A stretch of DNA of 64,000 bases from Trichodesmium erythraeum IMS101 (GTDB taxonomy: Bacteria; Cyanobacteriota; Cyanobacteriia; Cyanobacteriales; Microcoleaceae). This document shows positions 1 to 10,500 of this stretch, piece after piece (position 1 is the stretch's first letter; each line of letters begins with the position of its first letter). The stretch is from the NCBI RefSeq assembly GCF_000014265.1, contig NC_008312.1:2936607-3000606 (forward strand), given 5' to 3'. The position numbers and the translations under genes are program-made. Under the pieces are notes generated by a model. That model saw only the letters and a list, made by a program, of their open reading frames with translations. It was not told where the DNA came from and searched no databases.

Positions 1-1287
1 TCTCAAAAAATAGAATATATTGCAGCACAAGGTAATATAAAAGTTGTAGTTTTTGGTACGGGTTCAGCTGGTAAAACTTCTGTGGTTAATGCTCTAATGG
101 GACGAATGGTGGGAAGGGCGGAAGCACCAATAGGATCGACAAAAGTAGAAGAAACCTATTGTTTAAAGTTATCGGCTTTGGAAAGGGAAATTTTGATTAC
201 TGATACACCAGGTATTTTAGAGGCAGGGGTGGCAGGTAGGGAAAGGGGTCAACTGGCAAAAGTTTTGGCGACGGAAGCTAATCTTTTGTTGTTTGTGGTT
301 GATAATGATCTACAACAGTCGGAATATATGGCTTTGAAAAGTTTGGCGGCTATTGGTAAGCGATCGCTTGTAGTGTTTAACAAAACTGATCTTTATACGA
401 CTGAAGATCACGAAGCAATTTTAGTTCGCTTGAGGGAAAGGTTAGTTGGGGTTATAAGTAAAATGGATATTGTGGCGATCGCTGCTTGTCCTAATTCTGT
501 GCGACTGGAAACAGGGGAAGTATATCAACCGGAACCGGATATTATAGCTTTAATTGAACGTTTAGCTGCAGTTTTACGACTTGAGGGGGAAGATTTAATT
601 GCTGATAATATTTTGCTACAGTCTCAACTTTTGGGGGAGGAAGCAAGGAGTTTAATTGATAGTCAAAGAAGAAAACGAGGGGAAAGGGTTGTCGAAAAGT
701 TTCAGTGGATAGGAGCGGGTGTGATAGCAGCTACGCCTGTACCAGTTATAGATGTGTTGGCAACTGCGGCTGTTAATGCTCAAATGGTAATAGAAATTGG
801 CAAGGTTTATGGTTGTGAATTAAATCTGAAAAGAGGGCAAGAATTGGCAATGTCTTTGGCAAAAACTCTTGCTAGTTTGGGTATTGTTGAAGGGGTAATA
901 AAATTGATTTCTATGGCTTTACAATTAAATGTAGCTACTTTTATTCTTGGTAAGGCTATTCAAGGAGTAACTGCAGCTTATTTAACTAGAATTGCTGGTC
1001 AAAGTTTTATTGAATATTTTAGTCAGAATCAAGATTGGGGAGATGGTGGGATTACAGAGGCTGTAAAAAAACAGTTTCAATTGACCAAAAAAGATGAGTT
1101 TGTTAAGTTATTTATTCAGGATGCAATCACTAAGTTTGTTGAACCTTTGACTAATATTTATTCTTCTGATGAAAAAGTTGAAACTGAGTCAGAAGCTGAA
1201 ATAAATTATTATTCTCAGTCTGATAAAAAAGTATATGATTATGATGATTGGAAAACAGAAAGTCGGAATAAAAAAGAAGATTGGTGA
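1..1287 (+). CDS. GTP-binding protein with C-terminal DUF697/YcjF-like domain (5' partial; starts upstream of the window)
   Basis: Frame 1 is open from nt 1; the P-loop G1 motif GTGSAGKTS is encoded upstream of the ORF-track Met at 82. G3 is DTPG and G4 is NKTD (VVFNKTDL). The C-terminal hydrophobic region (VIDVLATAAVNAQMVIEIGKVYG) is typical of DUF697. Confidence 0.6.
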   Translation, partial: SQKIEYIAAQGNIKVVVFGTGSAGKTSVVNALMGRMVGRAEAPIGSTKVEETYCLKLSALEREILITDTPGILEAGVAGRERGQLAKVLATEANLLLFVVDNDLQQSEYMALKSLAAIGKRSLVVFNKTDLYTTEDHEAILVRLRERLVGVISKMDIVAIAACPNSVRLETGEVYQPEPDIIALIERLAAVLRLEGEDLIADNILLQSQLLGEEARSLIDSQRRKRGERVVEKFQWIGAGVIAATPVPVIDVLATAAVNAQMVIEIGKVYGCELNLKRGQELAMSLAKTLASLGIVEGVIKLISMALQLNVATFILGKAIQGVTAAYLTRIAGQSFIEYFSQNQDWGDGGITEAVKKQFQLTKKDEFVKLFIQDAITKFVEPLTNIYSSDEKVETESEAEINYYSQSDKKVYDYDDWKTESRNKKEDW

Positions 1288-2038
1288 TTTTAATAAGGAA
1301 GTAGAAAAAAAAGGATTTTTGAAAGGGATATACGGATAATATAATACTACCCATTTAGGTCAGGATATTCGTAAATTCTGAAGTTTAGTCAGGGATTACT
1401 TTTAACTTTTGAATGCATGACTTTGACTTCCAGGTAGGACTATGTTCTATGTATTGTCAGCTATTTACGGTTAAGTATATACAATCTAAATTCCGAATAC
1501 TAGCAAAATCAAAGGAGGGATAACTTTTCAAGTAGAAGAGGATATAAAATAATTTGTCTTCAACAGTGCGTAAACGAGCCAAAATGCCTCCTCGAAAAGA
1601 GTGTTGACGAGATTTGTCTCTCAATTAAGCAACCGTTGCTTTTGTTCCAACCTCCTATTGTTGTTGGTGGTGGTGACATAGGTGGCGCAATAGCTGGATT
1701 TTCTGTTCCTGTACCTCCTTAACTCAACTCTGTGATAAAACTGTGATGGAACCGGAAGTGAAGGCGGTGAAATACTTACTGAATCTCAAGGGTAAGGAGC
1801 TGATGTCCATCTGCAGCAATTGGGGGCATCACTCAGCAAATACTCTTGGGTGATATTTGGAAGTACGACGAACCTAACGGTTTATTTGAATGCTTTTTAG
1901 ATGATGAATGTTTCCTTCCCTTTGAAGGAACGGTACATTATCAAGCTGGCGATTAGAGTTAAGAGGAAAGCGCGGCAGCTACTCAATGGTTTCAAGCTGC
2001 TTGTCACTCTGTGAGCTAATTAAGTGTTGTGCATCTAT

Positions 2039-3045
2039 GGTTGAATAAAAAGTCATATATATGGGCGAGGTAACCCTTATAACTTTCATAGTATCAGAAT
2101 TTTAGTGAGGATGCAACTGAATAACTACCCTATTTTTTTGAGCTTAATGTAATGACAATAGAAATAAAAATTATAGAAATAAAAATTTTGGTGGTTTTCT
2201 GTTAAGGAAGAAATGAAGAATGGATAGAAAAATCTCAGTACATTAAGCTGATTTGAGGTTGAATAAAAAGTCATGTATATGGGCGAAGTAACCCTTATAG
2301 CTTTTATAGTATCAGAATTTTAGTGAGGATGCAACTAAATAACTACCCTATTTTTTTTGAGCTTAATGTAATGACAATAGAAATAAAAATTATAGGGATA
2401 AAAATTATAGGGATAAAAATTTTGGTGGTTTTCTGTTAAGGAAGAAATGAAGAATGGATAGAAAAATCTCAGTACATTAAGCTAATTTGAGGTTGAATAA
2501 AAAGTCATATATATGGGCAAGTTGACCCTTATAAATTTCATAGTATCAGAATTTTAGTGAGGATGCAACTGAATAACTACCCTATTTTTTTAAGCTTAAT
2601 GTAATGACAATAGAAATAAAAATTATAGAGATAAAAATTTTGGTGGTTTTCTGTTAAGGAAGAAATGAAGAATGGATAGAAAAATCTCAGTACATTAAGC
2701 TGATTTGAGGTTGAATAAAAAGTCATGTATATGGGCGAGTTGACCCTTATAAATTTCATAGTATCAGAATTTTAGTGAGGATGCAACTGAATAACTACCC
2801 TATTTTTTTGAGCTTAATGTAATGACAATAGAAATAAAAATTATAGAAATAAAAATTTTGGTGGTTTTCTGTTAAGGAAGAAATGAAGAATGGATAGAAA
2901 AATCTCAGTACATTAAGCTGATTTGAGGTTGAATAAAAAGTCATGTATATGGGCGAAGTAACCCTTATATATTTCATAGTATCAGAATTTTAGTGGGGAT
3001 GCAACTGAATAACGACGCTATTTTTTTTGAGCTTCATAAAATAAA
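2039..3045. repeat. Tandem repeat of about 4.5 copies of a 214-238 bp unit (ggttgaataaaaagtcat...cattaagctgatttga)
   Basis: Unit starts at 2039, 2277, 2491, 2709 and 2927. Internal mini-duplications (ttatagggataaaaa) account for the unit length variation. ORFs 2577..2759 and 2795..2977 are identical repeat artifacts. Confidence 0.9.
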
Positions 3046-3114
3046 AACTAAGGGTCAGGATGGATGGAAATATTTGATGGGAAAGCCTGATTCTAATCTT
3101 ATATATGATGAATA

Positions 3115-4692
3115 TTAATAAGGAAAAGGAATAATCTTGGCTTCAATTCCTATACCTATAAAACGATTAATAGTTGTCTGCCCATCTTCTACCCAAAATT
3201 CACGACCGAATTGTACTAGCTGTTGTCGTTGATCATCAAATATTAATGTTCCAACTGCTACCTTTGCTTTTTCCTCATCTCCAGAAGATTGTTCTTTCAA
3301 AATAGCTTGAATTTGTTCAAACAAAGAATTATCTTCAGGAATCTTATCTACTGACAGTTCCAAGATAATTATTTGTCTTTGTTTTGCAGAACTATTTTCA
3401 GTTTTTGATAATTCAGTTTTTCTAAGATTTCTTTGAGTCTCTAATTGCTCTACTGGTTTTTCTGCTTTTCCAATATCTTGATATTTTTTTATCTCTTCAT
3501 CTCTTGACTCATTTTGATAATTATCTAATTCTGTCACTGGTTTTTCCTCTTGTTTAACTGCATCTGCCATTACCTTTTCTATTGTTTCTGCACTCTCTAC
3601 TAATAATTGACTTTCGTCATCTTTATTATCAACTTTTCCTTTCAAAACTAAAAGAGAATTTTCTGTTAGTAATTCTTTAATTTCTTGATATACTTTTGGA
3701 AAAACTACGGCATCTAGTTGCCCGGTCATATCTTCTACTTGAATAAATGCCATAGGGTCGCCTTTTTTTGTAACATGAGGTTTAATTCCAGCTAACATTA
3801 CTACTAATTTTATTTTGGAATTAGATTTTTTTTCTTTCATTTGAGCGATAGAAATAGCATCTTGAATTTGATTTTGTTCTTGTGCATATTTAAGGGGATG
3901 ATCAGATACATAAAATCCTAGAATTTCTTTTTCATATTCCAATTTTTCTTTGGCTGGAAAATCTGAAACTGGGGAAGATTTAGGAACAGAATCAAAAGCT
4001 GAATTTTTTGCTCCAGGGATATGATTATCAAATAAACTTAATTGTCCTATATTGCGGTCTTTATTTCGATCTTGTGCCCATTTCATTACACCTTCTAAGT
4101 CTTTAATTAATTGGTGACGGTTTGCTTCAATTTTATCGAAGGCTCCACATTTTATTAAAGATTCTAAAGTACGACTATTAAGGGCATTAAGATTAACGCG
4201 GTCACATAAATCTGCTAAAGACTTAAATTCTCCTCCTTCTTTTCTGGCTTTTAAAATTGCTTCTATTGCTCCTTCTCCTACATTTTTTACAGCGGATAAT
4301 CCTACTAAAATTTTATCTTTTATTTCTTTTGTGGCTACTTTTGGCAAAGGAGTAAAGTCTACTTCTGACTGATTAATATTTGGTGGTTCGACTTCGATAT
4401 TAAATTTCTGACAATTAGCAAGATATTTTTGTACTTTATCTTGGTCGCCACTATTTGCGGTTAGTAAAGCTGCCATATATTCGAGTGAATAATTAGCTTT
4501 TAAATAAGCAGTTTGATAAGCTACATAAGCGTAAGCTGTGGAATGAGATTTATTAAAACAGTTGGAAGCAATTAACCCGTTTGCTAATACAAAATTATGG
4601 TCTTTAGTTACACCAATGTCATAAACATTTTCTGTTTTGGCAAGTTTGCGAGAGACAATTTTTACCACGAGAATAACTCCTTTGTTAGACAA
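3115..4692 (-). CDS. dnaE: DNA polymerase III alpha subunit, C-terminal half (DnaE-c) of a trans-splicing split gene; N-terminal 44 aa is the split-intein Int-C fragment
   Basis: N-terminus [56 protein letters not shown] closely parallels the Synechocystis DnaE Int-C ([46 protein letters not shown]). The C-terminal Asn and +1 Cys splice junction is intact. The rest has the DnaE C-terminal region with a KH/OB-like tail. Confidence 0.9.
   Translation of the reverse strand: [525 protein letters not shown]
4561..4692 (-). other. Int-C fragment of a naturally split DnaE intein (about 44 codons at the 5' end of dnaE-c)
   Basis: Conserved block DIGV.[15 protein letters not shown] ending in Asn immediately before the extein Cys-Phe-Asn-Lys. 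Confidence 0.85.
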
Positions 4693-4699
4693 AAATAGA

Positions 4700-5385
4700 A
4701 TAGGTTTTAGGTTTTAGGTTTGAGGTTTTAGGTTTTAAGTTTTAGGTGTCAATTTTTTGAGGTTTTAGGTTTTAGGTTTTAGGTTTTAGGTTTTAAGTTT
4801 TAGGTGTCAATTTTTTGAGGTTTTAGGTTTTAGTTTTTAGGTTTTAAGTTTTAGGTTTTAAGTTTTAGGTTTTTAAGTTTTAGGTGTCAATTTTTTTTTG
4901 TGTTAATTTTCTGAGGTTTTAGGTGGTAGGTTTTAGACGTCAATTTTTTGAGGTTTTAGGTGGCAGGTTTTAGGTTTTAGGTTTTAAGTTTGAGGTGTCA
5001 ATTTTTTGAGGTGTTAATTTTTTGAGGCGTCAATTTTTTGAGGTTTTAGGTGGTAGGTTTTAGACGTCAATTTTTTGAGGTTTTAGGTTGCAGGTTTTAG
5101 GTTTTAGGTTTTAAGTTTGAGGTGTTAATTTTTTGAGGTGTTAATTTTTTGAGGCGTCAATTTTTTGAGGTTTTAGGTGACAGGTTTTAGGTGTTAATTT
5201 TTTGAGGTTTTAGGTTGCAGGTTTTAGGTGTTAGGTGTCAATTTTTTGAGGTGTTAATTTTTTGAGGTGTTAATTTTTTGAGGTTTGAGGTTTTAGGTTT
5301 TAGGTTTGAGGTTTTAGGTGGTAGGTTTTAGGTTGCAGGTTTTAGGTTGCAGGTGTTAGGTGTTAAGTTTGAGGTTTAAAATTAA
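4700..5385. repeat. STRR-like heptanucleotide tandem repeats (TTTTAGG/GTTTTAG)n interspersed with tgtcaattttttgagg spacers
   Basis: About 680 bp of degenerate heptamers (ggttttag, gtttgag, ggtggtag variants) read directly in the sequence. It lies immediately 5' of the dnaE-c start codon. Confidence 0.9.
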
Positions 5386-5689
5386 CAAATTCATAACAGC
5401 CTACTACTAACTATCTTAGCCTTCGGTTTGGATACAAAAGCCTGTTAGATAAAATATTATAACATAAGGGCAAATTGTTATATAACGAGGAAATTCCAAA
5501 GTTTACTTCTCTTTTTTTGACTTTTTTAGATAACCCTACCTCTTGGGAAAGCTTTTTCAATTATTGAAACTTTTTATGTTTATTTATCTACTTTTTATCT
5601 GGTCTATGCTTCTCAATATAGTGGTCTTTTTCTTTTTTTGAACTGTTAATTCAAGGAATGGTTTTTCATTTAATAAAGGTTATTTTATT

Positions 5690-7380
5690 CTATGGCGTCT
5701 AGCGATCGCTTGATCAATTTTTCTTTTCATGACCTCTACTGACTATTTACTTAACTATTGCGCTTGAGTTTTTATATTTTAGATAAAGTGGGTGGGGTAG
5801 CGATCGCTTGATCAATTTTTCTTTTCATGACCTCTACTGGCTATTAACTTAACTATTGCGTTTGAGTTTTTAGATTTTAGATAAAGTGGGTGGGGTAGCG
5901 ATCGCTTGATCAATTTTTCTTTTCATGACCTCTACTGGCTATTAACTTAACTATTGCGTTTGAGTTTTTAGATTTTAGATAAAGTGGGTGGGGTAGCGAT
6001 CGCTTGATTAATTTTTCTTTTCATGACTTCTACTGGCTATTAACTTAACTATTGCGTTTGAGTTTTTAGATTTTAGATAAAGTGGGTGAGATAGCGATCG
6101 CTTGATAAATTTTTCTTTTCATGACTTCTACTGGCTATTAACTTAACTATTGCGTTTGAGTTTTTAGATTTTAGATAAAGTGGGTGAGATAGCGATCGCT
6201 TGATCAATTTTTCTTTTCATGACCTCTACTGACTATTTACTTAACTATTGCGCTTGAGTTTTTATATTTTAGATAAAGTGGGTGGGGTAGCGATCGCTTG
6301 ATCAATTTTTCTTTTCATGACCTCTACTGACTATTTACTTAACTATTGCGTTTGAGTTTTTAGATTTTAGATAAAGTAGGTGAGGTAGCGATCGCTTGAT
6401 TAATTTTTCTTTTCATGACTTCTACTGGCTATTAACTTAACTATTGCGTTTGAGTTTTTAGATTTTAGATAAAGTGGGTGAGGTAGCGATCGCTTGATTA
6501 ATTTTTCTTTTCATGACCTCTACTGACTATTTACTTAACTATTGCGTTTGAGTTTTTAGATTTTAGATAAAGTGGGTGAGGTAGCGATCGCTTGATCAAT
6601 TTTTCTTTTCATGACTTCTACTGGCTATTAACTTAACTATTGCGTTTGAGTTTTTAGATTTTAGATAAAGTGGGTGAGGTAGCGATCGCTTGATCAATTT
6701 CTCTTTTCATGACCTCTACTGACTATTTACTTAACTATTGCGTTTGAGTTTTTAGATTTTAGATAAAGTGGGTGAGATAGCGATCGCTTGATTAATTTTT
6801 CTTTTGATGACCTCTACTGACTATTTACTTAACTATTGCGTTTGAGTTTTTAGATTTTAGATAAAGTGGGTGAGGTAGCGATCGCTTGATTAATTTTTCT
6901 TTTGATGACCTCTACTGACTATTTACTTAACTATTGCGTTTGAGTTTTTAGATTTTAGATAAAGTAGGTGAGATAGCGATCGCTTGATCAATTTTTCTTT
7001 TCATGACTTCTACTGGCTATTAACTTAACTATTGCGTTTGAGTTTTTAGATTTTAGATAAAGTAGGTGAGGTAGCGATCGCTTGATCAATTTTTCTTTTC
7101 ATGACTTCTACTGGCTATTTACTTAACTATTGCGTTTGAGTTTTTAGATTTTAGATAAAGTAGGTGAGATAGCGATCGCTTGATCAATTTTTCTTTTCAT
7201 GACTTCTACTGGCTATTAACTTAACTATTGCGTTTGAGTTTTTAGATTTTAGATAAAGTGGGTGAGGTAGCGATCGCTTGATCAATTTCTCTTTTCATGA
7301 CCTCTACTGACTATTAACTTAACTATTGCGTTTGAGTTTTTAGATTTTAGATAAAGTGGGTGGGGTAGCGATCGCTTCAC
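5690..7380. repeat. Tandem array of about 17 copies of a 98-bp unit, each carrying one HIP1 site (tagcgatcgcttgatcaatttttcttttcatgac(c/t)tctactg(a/g)ctat(tt/ta)acttaactattgcgtttgagtttttagattttagataaagtgggtga(g/ga)g)
   Basis: HIP1 GCGATCGC recurs at 5703, 5801, 5899, 5997 ... 7371 with a 98 bp period. Units differ only by a few point variants, so there are no unique spacers and this is not CRISPR. Confidence 0.9.
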
Positions 7381-7394
7381 TTGAAGAGAAAAAT

Positions 7395-7545
7395 ATGTTC
7401 AACTACCTAATTCCCAAACTCCCAAATTCCCAAACTTTCCCAGTTCCGAAATTTCCCACTCCCAAACTCCCAAACTCCCAAACTCCTAATTCCCAAATTT
7501 CCCAATTCCCGAGTTTCCAAACTTCCAGCAAGGCTGCTAATATAT
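7395..7545. repeat. Octamer/hexamer microsatellite (CTCCCAAA/TTCCCAAA)n immediately upstream of the giant ORF
   Basis: ttcccaaactcccaaattcccaaactttcccag...ctcccaaactcccaaactcccaaactcctaattcccaaatttcccaattccc; ORF 7356..7553 is its translation artifact (PKLPNSQT repeats). Confidence 0.85.
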
Positions 7546-7580
7546 ATAGTTAAATCCAAACCCAAATCCAAGTTATTTCA

Positions 7581-10500
7581 ATGGCCGAGTTCTCTAAAGA
7601 CGATAATTCATACTATCCCGGGGAGCCAGACCCTCTATTCCCAGAAACTAACTATCATCCTGGCACTGACCTAGACCCTGAAATTGCAGACCCCATCATA
7701 CAATGTGCCTGGGGTGAGGTTCGTGACCAATTGGCGGACTTTATCTTAGCCCCCGAATTAGAGGCCCATATGGAGATGGCTTTTGGTGAAACGGTGGACT
7801 CGGATATGGCTAAAAATGAGATTCAGGACATTTTGACTGGGGAAAATTTGCCTGATATTCAAGTGTTGCCTGCGGCTGATATGGATCCGGTGGTGGGTGG
7901 TTTTGATTCTTTGACTGGTACTATTTATTTGGCTGATTCTTTATGGCTTGATACTTGTGGGGCTGAAGATGGGGTTTTGGAGGATGTCCTGTTGGAGGAG
8001 TTGGGGCATTTTTTGGATTCCCAGTTGTCTGAGTCGGACTCCCCTGGAGATGAGGGTGAGTTATGGGCAGGTTTGGTGAAGGGAGAGGAGTTGACGGAGT
8101 CGGAGGTTTTGCGGCTTCGGGCTCAGGATGATAGGGTTGAGATTTGGGTATGGGGTATTTTGGTTGAGGTTGAGGCTACTCAGGAGGTTTATTTTGAGAG
8201 GGTTGGTGATTTTCCGGTGGGAGACGAACCTAAGTCAGTAGCAGTAGAAGATTTTAATGGAGATGGCATTCCTGATCTGGCTGTGGCGAACTACAGTTCA
8301 GACAACGTATCAGTGTTATCAGGAAAAGGTGACGGTACTTTTGGTTCACCTACTAATTTCCTGGTAGGAGATTCTCCTAGTTCAGTAGCAGTAGAAGATT
8401 TTAATGGAGATGGCATTCCTGATCTGGCTGTGGCGAACTACAGTTCAGACAACGTATCAGTGTTACCAGGAAAAGGTGACGGTAGTTTTGGTTCAACTAC
8501 TAATTTTCCGGTGGGAAGCTTACCTAGGTCAGTAACAGTAGAAGATTTTAATGGAGATGGCATTTCTGATCTGGCTGTGGCAAACAGCTTTTCAGATAAC
8601 GTATCAGTGTTATCAGGAAAAGGTGACGGTACTTTTGGTTCAACTACTAATTTTCGGGTGGGAAACTCACCTAAGTCAGTAACAGTAGAAGATTTTAATG
8701 GAGATGGCATTTCTGATCTGGCTGTGGCGAACACATATTCAGACAACGTATCAGTGTTATTAGGAAAAGGTGACGGTACTTTTGGTTCAACTACTAATTT
8801 TCCGGTGGGAGACGATCCTTTATCAGTAGCAGTAGAAGATTTTAATGGAGATGGCATTCCTGATCTGGCTGTGGCGAACTACAGTTCATACAACTTATTA
8901 GTCTTATTCGGAAAAGGTGACGGTAGTTTTGGTTTACCTACTAATTTTCAGGTGGGGGATGGGCCATACTCAGTAGCAGCAAGAGATTTTAATGCAGATG
9001 GCATTCCTGATCTAGCTGTGGCAAACTATTGGGATGAAAACGTATCAGTGTTATTCGGAAAGGGTGACGGTAGTTTTGGTTCCGCTATTAATTTTCAGGT
9101 GGGGGATGGGCCGTACTCAGTAGCAGTAGAAGATTTTAATGCAGATGGCATTCCTGATCTAGCTGTGGCCAACTATTGGGATGACAACGTATCCATCCTC
9201 ATCAACACCCCCATAAACATCACCATATCCCCTTTAAGCACTACCAGTCTAGAACCAGGAAAGAGCTATACTCTTGAGTGGACAGACAACTTTAGGGATG
9301 AAGTAAAGCTGGAACTATACAAAGACAATTTTTTACAAGCAACAATTTCTAGTTCTACCCCCAGCGATGGCAGTTTCTCTTGGACGGTGCCGACATCTTT
9401 AACCAGCGGTAGTAATTACAATATTAAGATGACTAAGGTCAACGATAGTAGCATTTACGACTACAGCAACAACTTCACCATCGAACCCAATAAAGAGGTA
9501 AACATCACCTTCCCTTCAAATTTTACCAGTCTTCAAACTGGGCAAAGCTACGATATCCAGTGGACAGACAACATAGATGAAAACGTTAAGCTAGAATTAT
9601 ATAAAGGAGGTTCTTTCAACAGTACCATCTCCAGTTCCACGGAAAGCGACGGCAGTTACTCTTGGGCAGTTCCCACATCCGTGACCACTGGCAGCGACTA
9701 TCAAGTAAAAATTACTAGCATCAGCGACAGTAGTCTTTCCGACTTCAGTAACAGCAATTTTACTATTAAGCCAGAAGACTTCATCACAGTTAGTTCCCCC
9801 GACGGTGGCAATACCTTAGAACTTGGAAAAACCTATAGGATAAATTGGAGCGATAATATAGATGAAAATGTCAAGCTAGAATTGTACAAAGCAGGTTCTT
9901 TCTTCGGTACCATCTCCAGTTCCACCGCAAGCAACGGCAGTTACTCTTGGGCAGTTCCCACATCCCTAACCAGTGGCAGCGACTATCAAGTAAAAATTAC
10001 TAGCGTCAGCGACAGTAGTATTTCTGACTTGAGTAACAGCAACTTCACTATTAAGCCAGAAGACTTCATCACAGTTAGTTCCCCCGACGGTGGCAATACC
10101 TTAGAACCTGGAAAAACCTATACGATAAATTGGAGCGATAATATAGATGAAAATGTCAAACTAGAATTGTACAAAGCAGGTTCTTTCTTCGGTACCATCT
10201 CCAGTTCCACCGCAAGCAACGGCAGTTACTCTTGGGCAGTTCCCACATCCCTAAGCACTGGCAGCGACTATCAAGTAAAAATTACTAGCATCAGCGACAG
10301 TAGTATTTCTGACTTGAGTAACAGCAACTTCACTATTAAGCCAGAAGACTTCATCACAGTTAGTTCCCCCGACGGTGGCAATACCTTAGAACTTGGAAAA
10401 ACCTATACGATAAATTGGAGCGATAATATAGATGAAAATGTCAAGCTAGAATTGTACAAAGCAGGTTCTTTCTTCGGTACCATCTCCAGTTCCACCGCAA

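Noticed and set aside
1151-1354. Minus-strand 67-aa ORF overlapping the 3' end of the GTPase gene
   Set aside because: Antisense, Phe/Leu-rich low complexity.
2577-2977. Two identical 60-aa minus-strand ORFs
   Set aside because: They lie entirely within the 218-bp tandem repeat units and have low-complexity, Phe/Tyr-rich composition: repeat artifacts.
4700-5385. Telomere repeat / linear replicon end
   Set aside because: The heptamers are degenerate and interspersed with other short motifs in the STRR style, and they are embedded between ordinary chromosomal genes. Cyanobacterial STRR is the conventional explanation.
5690-7380. Possible CRISPR array (regular HIP1-containing repeats)
   Set aside because: Units are contiguous 98-bp near-identical copies. 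There are no unique spacer segments and no cas genes nearby, so it is a satellite and not CRISPR. The same reasoning applies to the 29-bp array at 50881-51025 and the arrays at 14290-16200 and 57383-59580.
7356-7553. 65-aa ORF upstream of the giant gene
   Set aside because: It is a translation of the CTCCCAAA microsatellite (PKLPNSQ repeats), with no start context.
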